A DNA stretch of 32,000 nucleotides, from positions 90,001-122,000 of the forward strand of contig NC_014148.1 in the NCBI RefSeq assembly GCF_000092105.1, given 5' to 3'. The notes under the pieces were generated by a model. It did not search any database. It worked only from the letters and a program-made list of their open reading frames with translations, and was not told the DNA's origin. Each line of letters begins with the position of its first letter. Positions within the stretch are counted from its first letter, which is position 1. Shown here in pieces: positions 24,747 through 32,000 of the stretch. Made by a program: the position numbers and the translations under genes. The stretch is from Planctopirus limnophila DSM 3776. GTDB lineage: Bacteria > Planctomycetota > Planctomycetia > Planctomycetales > Planctomycetaceae.

Positions 24747-25634
24747 ATGGCTGAAACTCAGGACACTCCCGCCCCGCCAGATCAGCCTGACCCGCCACAT
24801 CGGCCCAAAAGTCTCTGGCAGATCATGCGGGGAGAACCTGCATCAGATTCTCTTTCTCACCCTGTCGAAACCCAGGCAATAGATCCCGACGCTTTACAGC
24901 CTCAGGCAACGGAAACTGCTCTCGATACTGAGAAGATGATTCCCACAGCCCGTGGTGCTCCGTCCCTCCGTGGCCTCTGGCATGTCATGCGGGAGCAGAA
25001 GCAGCCCCAGCGGCTTCCCGCCGTCCCTGCATTTCGATCACTCCAGCGCAAGCCTGCCCCAGCCATCAACTCAGATTCTGCTCCTTTGGCAGACGGTCAA
25101 CAAGCGGCTCCCCCGGCAACGGCAGAAAAAGTCCGTCAAGCCCGCTGGTATACCGCAGGCATGCAGTTTCGTGCGTCCCGCCCGAGAGTCGCCAGGCGAT
25201 ATCCACATGTCGTTCGTCGAGGAACATCAGTCACCTCTCCCGCTGATGATATGCAGACCGGTTTGGACGTCATTGCGCCAATACATACCACAGAGTTGGA
25301 AGCTGAACTCCTCTACGAGCGACTGACTCCCGTAACCTCTGCCTGGACGTGGATCGGCCGGGGAGCCACATCGACTTTGGCCGCATTTCTGTTCTCACCA
25401 CTGGCGCAGTGGGAGAGCTTATGGTGGGAGCTCCCGGCGACAATCTTCGGGTTCGGCGGCCTGTTCTGTGCCTGCCTCGCCATGACCGAAGCCGAAAGGC
25501 GGTATCTTTACAGTGCCGGGCCTCATGGAGACCACGCCGCCAGGCAATCCACAGACATTCAACTGGCGACAGCCGCCCTCCTGATACTAGCCGCCACCAC
25601 AAGCATCTTCATCGGGCCATTCGTTTGGGGTTAA
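24747..25634 (+). CDS. Hypothetical protein with a Pro-rich N-terminal half and C-terminal TM helices
   Basis: The ORF is open from the GTG at 24702. The ATG at 24747 follows AGGAA at ~9-nt spacing. C-terminal hydrophobic segments are STLAAFLFSPLA, ATIFGFGGLFCACLAM and ATAALLILAATTSIFIGPFVW. I recognise no family. Confidence 0.45.
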   Translation: MAETQDTPAPPDQPDPPHRPKSLWQIMRGEPASDSLSHPVETQAIDPDALQPQATETALDTEKMIPTARGAPSLRGLWHVMREQKQPQRLPAVPAFRSLQRKPAPAINSDSAPLADGQQAAPPATAEKVRQARWYTAGMQFRASRPRVARRYPHVVRRGTSVTSPADDMQTGLDVIAPIHTTELEAELLYERLTPVTSAWTWIGRGATSTLAAFLFSPLAQWESLWWELPATIFGFGGLFCACLAMTEAERRYLYSAGPHGDHAARQSTDIQLATAALLILAATTSIFIGPFVWG

Positions 25635-25692
25635 TAAAGTGCTCAGAATCAGATAAGTAAGTTGCACGCAAAACATACGCACGGCTAGAAAA

Positions 25693-26145
25693 TTAGCCTC
25701 TTCGTTTCTTAGCTTTATTCAAATCCAGCTCTATCACATTGTTGTTATTCTCAATGCTCATTGTCGATTCAAATATGTAGTCTGTCGGAGGTGAATTCCC
25801 CAGCGAAACTTCTTTAGGTGGCTCGTTGGCCTCCGAAGAACTTACTTCAGCAGGTTTTGGAAGTCCAGTTGTCACTTTGACGCTATGAGGCCCTACAACT
25901 GCACCTTTACCAGCGGTCGCCATCAGAGTGAACTGACCGTTTGAATCTGTGTAACCCTGTGAAGATGGCCCCTTGGTAGGGCTAAACTGCACGAGAGCAT
26001 CAGGGACTGGGGTGGAATCGAGTACAACACGACCTTCAACAGGTGCAAGTACAAATGATTCACCCGAATTTTGACAGCCCACGTTTGTCAAAATCAACAT
26101 GAGAAGTGCAGGACTCAAGCGATACAACATGGCTAGAGGTCTCAT
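25693..26145 (-). CDS. Small lipoprotein with a carboxypeptidase-regulatory-like domain, partner of DUF1559 cassette 2
   Basis: MRPLAMLYRLSPALLMLILTNVGC lipobox, then VEGRVVLDSTPVPDALVQFSP...YTDSNGQFTL. The longer 212-aa ORF upstream looks non-coding. The ATG at 26130 is an alternative start. Confidence 0.7.
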   Translation of the reverse strand: MRPLAMLYRLSPALLMLILTNVGCQNSGESFVLAPVEGRVVLDSTPVPDALVQFSPTKGPSSQGYTDSNGQFTLMATAGKGAVVGPHSVKVTTGLPKPAEVSSSEANEPPKEVSLGNSPPTDYIFESTMSIENNNNVIELDLNKAKKRRG

Positions 26146-26371
26146 TAGAAAATGTTCTATATTGCAATCAGTCATATAGATATTGTTCGGAGCGAGTTCA
26201 AAGTCTGAACTCTTGACGTTGAGGCGGATATCGCCACGAAGACACAAAACTCGATTGACTGAATAAGGACGAGTTGGCTGATGTAAAAAGTGAGGCCACG
26301 CTGTCTGACGGAAAGAAGTTGGGGCACTCACATTCCGAGACAGGCGTGGCCGGAAGCACTAGAACTAGTCT

Positions 26372-27409
<1,038 letters not shown>

Positions 27410-28032
27410 CGACATCCTCCCAAGAATTTGAAAAAAACCGAAACAACGGCCCGAAATGGCAAATGAGTGAAAACACTTAAAAGTTATAGTTTGCAGCAAC
27501 AAACATTCCACCCATCGATCAATGAGACAGGCATTTTGCGAATAGCCGAGTTATCATACGGCGACAAACTGGATTATGGGGAGAAACAAGCTGTAAAAAA
27601 GCCAAGTCTTCTCAGAACTCTAAAGCAGAAAATTAATCGCCCATCTTTTGATCGACATAAACACTGAAAAAATCAGAAATATGCCAGAAGTCTGGGCAGA
27701 GGTGTGCCCAAATTGTTATCAGTCCGGTAGACAGAATACAACAACAGATTTTGATTTGTTGAGTGTTTTATCGACAAACGCGTAGGTGATATGCACGAAA
27801 TGACAGGTAGGATTACGGGAGTTCGATCATAAGATTGATTCGGTGCCCATTCTTTTCTGCAGGAGTCGCGAATTAGTGGTAATCCTGATCATTTCCCGAC
27901 AAAACGCCGTGCGCATGCGACGAAAAGCAGGTTCCCCGGCACGCCGCGACCAGAAATTCGCCCCGGAGAACCACCCGGCAATCCACGCCTCGCTTGCATC
28001 TCCGAGGGCTGGCGACTAATTTTAAGTTAGCC

Positions 28033-28106
28033 GGACGATTGGCTCAGTTGGTTAGAGCGCCACGTTGACATCGTGGAGGTCACTGGTTCGAGTCCAGTAT
28101 CGTCCA
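28033..28106 (+). tRNA. tRNA-Val (anticodon GAC)
   Basis: Cloverleaf folded by hand:
- Acceptor stem GGACGAT/ATCGTCC.
- D arm GCTC-AGTTGGTTA-GAGC.
- Anticodon arm CCACG-TTGACAT-CGTGG.
- Variable loop AGGTC.
- T arm ACTGG-TTCGAGT-CCAGT.
- Discriminator A; CCA is not encoded. Confidence 0.9.
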
Positions 28107-28145
28107 ATCCACCAGATTTGCCTGCCTCATCACTAAGCATCACGA

Positions 28146-28178
28146 CCCCGCAAAACGCCTTGTTTTGTGGGGTTTTCT
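28146..28178 (+). terminator. Intrinsic terminator after tRNA-Val
   Basis: 11-bp stem CCCCGCAAAAC / GTTTTGTGGGG (one G-U pair), 5-nt loop, then TTTTCT. Confidence 0.75.
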
Positions 28179-28326
28179 GTTGTCGGTGGGAGGAATCGCC
28201 AGTGGCAGGTCATTGCCGACCTGGGGATCGAACTTCCGTTCGATGCGGTCTCTTGAGCATCGCGAAGAATGGTTGGCCCCTGTTGTTCATCAGCTGCACG
28301 TCCGTGCTGATGTTTTCGTCAACCGC

Positions 28327-30774
28327 TCATCTTCGCAGGCGTAACGAATTCAGAATCACGCTGACGGAACTGAGGCTCATGGCGGCACTGGCCCACATGG
28401 GAGTAATCCAGCCCAAGGCCGCCACCGGGATGCAGATGGCGTTGTAGCCAAAGGCCAGGATGAGGTTCTGACGGATTGTTCGCGAGGTGGCCTGGCTCAG
28501 TTCCATGGCCCGGACGATCCCCGACAGATCGCCTTTGACCAGCGTGACGGCCGCACTCTGGATGGCGACATCTGTCCCTGTTCCCATCGCAATACCGACA
28601 TTGGCCCGAGCCAGAGCTGGTGCATCGTTGATGCCGTCTCCCGCCATTGCCACGAATCGCCCTTGCTGCTGAAGCTCTGCGATCGCTGCCGCTTTTTCAT
28701 CGGGTAGAACTTCCGCAATCACTTCCGTGATTCCCAGCTTATTGGCGAGATGTGCTGCCGTGCTTCGTCGATCGCCCGTCAGCATGACGATGCGGAGACC
28801 TTGTCCACGGAGTTTGCTCAGCATTTCGGCTGCCGATGGCCGCACTTGATCGGCCAGCAGGAACGTGGCTGCGGGTTGCTGATCGATCGCCATGTGGATG
28901 ACAATCTGCCCATCCTGCTGCTGCGAACTGGCCTTTTGCCACTGGTCAGTCTTGAGCCCAGCTTGTTCCAGGAATCGGGCATTGCCAATCTGAATCCCAT
29001 GACCCTGCACCTGCCCTGCAATGCCCAGGCCCGGGGCTGTCTGGATCTCATGGGCCATTTCGATGGTCAGGTTCTTCGCACGAGCACCGGCCACGATCGC
29101 TTTCGATAACGGATGCTCACTTCCCAGTTCGACAGCTGCAGCCCACTGCAGCACAGTGGACTCATCGAAACCGGTCTCTGGGAAGATGGCTGTCAGTTCG
29201 GGTTGGCCCAGTGTGAGCGTGCCGGTTTTGTCGATGACGAGCGTATCGATCGCACGCAAGGTTTCAATCGCTTCGGCATTTCGAAAGAGGATCCCCATAC
29301 GGGCACCACGCCCCATCCCCACCGTCACCGCCATAGGCGTCGCCAGGCCCAGAGCACACGGGCAGGCAATCACCAGAACAGAAACCGCATGAATCAACCC
29401 TCGTTGCCAGCCTTCCGGGCCACCCAGCATGCTATGGCCAGCCCATGCTGCCAGAGCCACCAGCACCACAGTTCCCACAAAGTATCGGGAGACGTGATTG
29501 ACGAGTTGTTCGATGGGTGCTCTGGTCCGCTGGGCTTCAGAGACTGAAGCAATAATGCGGGCCAGCATCGTCTCTGTTCCCACATGCTGTGCTTCAAAGA
29601 GCAGTGGGCTTGAGCCATTGGTTGTGCCACCCAGTAACGAGCACCCGGGATGTTTTTCCACAGGCAACGATTCCCCCGTCATCATCGATTCATCAACGTC
29701 GCTGGTTCCTTCGAGAACAAATCCATCGACAGGGATGGTCTCACCAGGTCGAACCAGTAATTGATCACCCACCAGCACATGTTCGAGGGCAATCTCCTCT
29801 TCTCTCCCTGATGGATGCCATAATCTGGCTTTTGGTGGAGTGAGCGAAAGGAGCGAGCGAATCGCTTCGCCTGTCGCCTGGCGAGCCCTCAGTTCCATCA
29901 ACTGCCCGATGAGTACCAGCATGATGATCACTGCGGCACTATCGAAATACGGCTCCACGACAGGAGCAAAATGAGGTTCAACGACAGGGGCTTCAGGCGA
30001 GGTGTTCATGGCCTGCATGTGAAATGAAGTCGGAAACTGGCCGGGAATGATCGTGGCCAGCAGGCTGTAGAGGTAAGCCGTACCGACACCCAAGGCAATG
30101 AGCGTGAACATATTCGGGTTGCGACTGAGGATCGACTTCCAGGCGCGCTCAAAGAAGGGCCAGCCGCAATAGAAGACGATCGGCGTGGTCAGAAGCAACT
30201 GGATCCAGTTCAGCCATGACATATTGGCATGCAGCCACTGCATGGTGGCACTCGAAGGGAGCATGCCCAACATGGCAATGACAAAGACAGGGAGACCCAG
30301 AACAACGGCCCAGCGCAAGCGGGATGAAAGCAGCATCCATTCGGGATCGGGCCCTGCTTGAAATGTGGGTTGTGACGGTTCCAGAGCCATGCCGCAAATG
30401 GGGCAGCTACCTGGTGCGGATTGGACAACTTCGGGATCCATGGGGCAGATGTATGTTTGACCCGGGGCAGCGGGTGTGGACTGTGCACAATCGTGACGAA
30501 TCGCATCGGGGGATAAATAGACTTCCGGATTTGCACGGAACCTGATCAGGCAGGAGCGCGCGCAGAAGTAATAGGTGGTGCCGGCATGTACCAGGGAACC
30601 TGAAGCATGGGCTGGATCGACAGACATCCCACACACCGGATCTGTTTCTCGATGCGGTTCTAGAATGGTCAGCAGAGAGGATGGTCTGGAAGGTGGCACA
30701 GGCATGATGCAGGTCTTCAGCAAAGGATCAGAGGGCCTGAGAGCAGAGAGCGTGCGTGTCAAGACATTGAGCAC
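28327..30774 (-). CDS. copA: Cu(I)/Ag(I)-translocating P1B-type ATPase
   Basis: Motifs CPC ([11 protein letters not shown]), [22 protein letters not shown]7 GYNAICIP (YN) and TM8 [16 protein letters not shown]-terminal Cys motifs are DPVCGMSV...YYFCARSC and ICPMDPEV...CPICGMAL. The start is uncertain (GTG 30774 or ATG 30705). Confidence 0.9.
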   Translation of the reverse strand: MLNVLTRTLSALRPSDPLLKTCIMPVPPSRPSSLLTILEPHRETDPVCGMSVDPAHASGSLVHAGTTYYFCARSCLIRFRANPEVYLSPDAIRHDCAQSTPAAPGQTYICPMDPEVVQSAPGSCPICGMALEPSQPTFQAGPDPEWMLLSSRLRWAVVLGLPVFVIAMLGMLPSSATMQWLHANMSWLNWIQLLLTTPIVFYCGWPFFERAWKSILSRNPNMFTLIALGVGTAYLYSLLATIIPGQFPTSFHMQAMNTSPEAPVVEPHFAPVVEPYFDSAAVIIMLVLIGQLMELRARQATGEAIRSLLSLTPPKARLWHPSGREEEIALEHVLVGDQLLVRPGETIPVDGFVLEGTSDVDESMMTGESLPVEKHPGCSLLGGTTNGSSPLLFEAQHVGTETMLARIIASVSEAQRTRAPIEQLVNHVSRYFVGTVVLVALAAWAGHSMLGGPEGWQRGLIHAVSVLVIACPCALGLATPMAVTVGMGRGARMGILFRNAEAIETLRAIDTLVIDKTGTLTLGQPELTAIFPETGFDESTVLQWAAAVELGSEHPLSKAIVAGARAKNLTIEMAHEIQTAPGLGIAGQVQGHGIQIGNARFLEQAGLKTDQWQKASSQQQDGQIVIHMAIDQQPAATFLLADQVRPSAAEMLSKLRGQGLRIVMLTGDRRSTAAHLANKLGITEVIAEVLPDEKAAAIAELQQQGRFVAMAGDGINDAPALARANVGIAMGTGTDVAIQSAAVTLVKGDLSGIVRAMELSQATSRTIRQNLILAFGYNAICIPVAALGWITPMWASAAMSLSSVSVILNSLRLRR

Positions 30775-31307
30775 CCATCCATCGTATCAATCGTACCGAT
30801 GATCTCTGGAAGTGATAAAGGTTTCGCTCAGGCAGCTTACGAGTGGTGATCCCCAATCGCCCGTTGTTGTGGCAAAAAGTTCTCGCAAAGCTTGTGGACT
30901 TCACCACTGTCGCCGGCAGATCTTCGATTGTCGATGCCAGCAGGTTTCGCCATCTTCCCTACGATGAATTCATATTTTTGCAGTCGGGGCACTTGAGTCG
31001 AATTTTTCGTCGCTCCGAAAAACTTCAAAAAAAATAGAAAACTGCTCTTTGCAGCGGCGGAATCTTCCGATACACCCCGCCTCAGCAATGAAAATGTTCC
31101 CCGCATTGGCATTGCCGGGTTTTGTCTCGATTCGCTGCAGTCACGAATGTGAGTGAGCCGTCCTGCCAGAATTCTTCAAGAAAAGACACTTCGCGTGGTC
31201 ACTGTCCGGCGGCCACCAGACAATTGAAAACCCCTCTCAAGCCCGAGCGTTTTGCTCATCGGCTAACCGATTTCCCCCCTCTCTCCCGTTCCTGAAGGAA
31301 TCTGTTC

Positions 31308-31610
31308 ATGTTCACTCGTATGGCCTTGGCACTGGCTGGTCTCGCGATTGCAATTTCGGCTTCTGGCTGCTGCTGCTCTGCCAATCGCTGCAATCCTTGT
31401 GGCCCTTGTGGTGCTGCAGCTCCATCACCTTGCTCGACAGGTAACTGCTCGCCCAGCTTCTATCCTCCTGCCGGTGGCGGCGGTGGGCAATTCTTTCAGG
31501 GTGCAGATGCTTCTGGCATGAACCTGGGAACCTCCACAGTGGCGACATCTCAGCCATTCGGTGGATATCCAGCCACAGCCATGGCTCCTGCACAGCTGCT
31601 GCCAAACTAG
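31308..31610 (+). CDS. Small secreted, possibly lipidated, Cys-rich protein
   Basis: GAAGGA lies ~8 nt before the ATG. The signal peptide MFTRMALALAGLAIAISASG is followed by CCCSANRCNPCGPCGAAAPSPCSTGNC (8 Cys within 27 residues), then a Gly/Pro-rich tail. Confidence 0.55.
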   Translation: MFTRMALALAGLAIAISASGCCCSANRCNPCGPCGAAAPSPCSTGNCSPSFYPPAGGGGGQFFQGADASGMNLGTSTVATSQPFGGYPATAMAPAQLLPN

Positions 31611-31808
31611 TGGGTATTCCACGTGAGTGCTCTCCACGTGAATGCTCTCCTGGAACAGATGGCTTTCGCGGGCCCGTTTGACTCCTGAAAATGCACGTCG
31701 ATCAAGAATTCACTTGTGCGGCTGATCGCTGAAGTTTGGTATCATTATGCAAAGCATCACACAGATAAGATGCTTTCAAGTGACCCGAATGGAACTGGAG
31801 CCACATCA

Positions 31809-32000
31809 ATGAGTCGACTCATCTCTCACGCGCCGACACCTAACGCTTCCAAGTCCGATAGCAATCATGCATCGGCTCAGGATGACCGTACGATTCAGGC
31901 CTCGCAGTCATCACATACGAGCCCTTCCACTTTCGGGAAGACCCTGTTGCTGTGGGCCTTGGCCTCACTGATCGGTGGCGGGCTGGGATATGGTTACACA
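31809..32000 (+). CDS. Hypothetical protein, N-terminal fragment (runs off the window)
   Basis: ATG at 31809 follows GGAG (31797-31800). It is open for 64 codons to the window end, and LLLWALASLIGGGLGYGY looks like a TM helix. Confidence 0.35.
   Translation, partial: MSRLISHAPTPNASKSDSNHASAQDDRTIQASQSSHTSPSTFGKTLLLWALASLIGGGLGYGYT

Noticed and set aside
28227-28244. Hairpin ATCGAAC-ttcc-GTTCGAT as the copA terminator
   Set aside because: It lies ~85 nt downstream of the copA stop, but there is no T-tract on the minus strand and the stem is only 7 bp.
30837-31112. 91-aa minus-strand ORF just upstream of copA, considered as a CopZ/CsoR/MerR-type partner
   Set aside because: It has no MxCxxC, CsoR C-H-C or MerR helix-turn-helix pattern and no convincing RBS. 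The opposite-strand ORF 30843-31037 is equally unconvincing. Left unannotated.

Overview
This 32-kb chromosomal window looks planctomycetal. That call is inferred from two DUF1559-type prepilin-like genes with the N-terminus [34 protein letters not shown], long non-coding spacers, and Pro/Ala/Thr-rich tails. All homology calls come from motifs read in the supplied translations; no searches were run.

Gene order:
- An edge-truncated double zinc-ribbon membrane protein (-), missed by the ORF track.
- An SLC13/DASS permease (-), an ABC ATPase with no adjacent permease (-), and a CdsA/dolichol-kinase-like membrane protein (-).
- DUF1559 plus small lipoprotein cassette number 1 (+).
- A cluster of four REP-like palindromic units between convergent genes.
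- A 1012-aa protein with a GH38-like C-terminal pattern (-), followed by a 1.06-kb non-coding spacer.
- A three-gene operon (11772-18105, +): a PilM-PilN fusion plus two large bitopic proteins, ending in a strong intrinsic terminator.
- Housekeeping genes icd, a PSP1/RicT-like gene and nadD (+).
- A GspE/PilB-family ATPase whose usual N-terminal domain is replaced by a polytopic membrane domain, then a CvpA-like protein and a hypothetical membrane protein (+).
- DUF1559 plus lipoprotein cassette number 2 (-), in an AT-richer stretch next to tRNA-Val(GAC).
- A Cu(I) P1B-type ATPase (-), a divergent Cys-rich small secreted protein (+), and a partial ORF at the right edge.

The best candidate for an undescribed system is a dispersed, non-canonical type-IV-filament-like apparatus. 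It comprises the PilMN fusion, the two oversized partners that share an S-Y-S/V-P-P motif, and the membrane-embedded ATPase, bracketed by prepilin-like DUF1559 cassettes.
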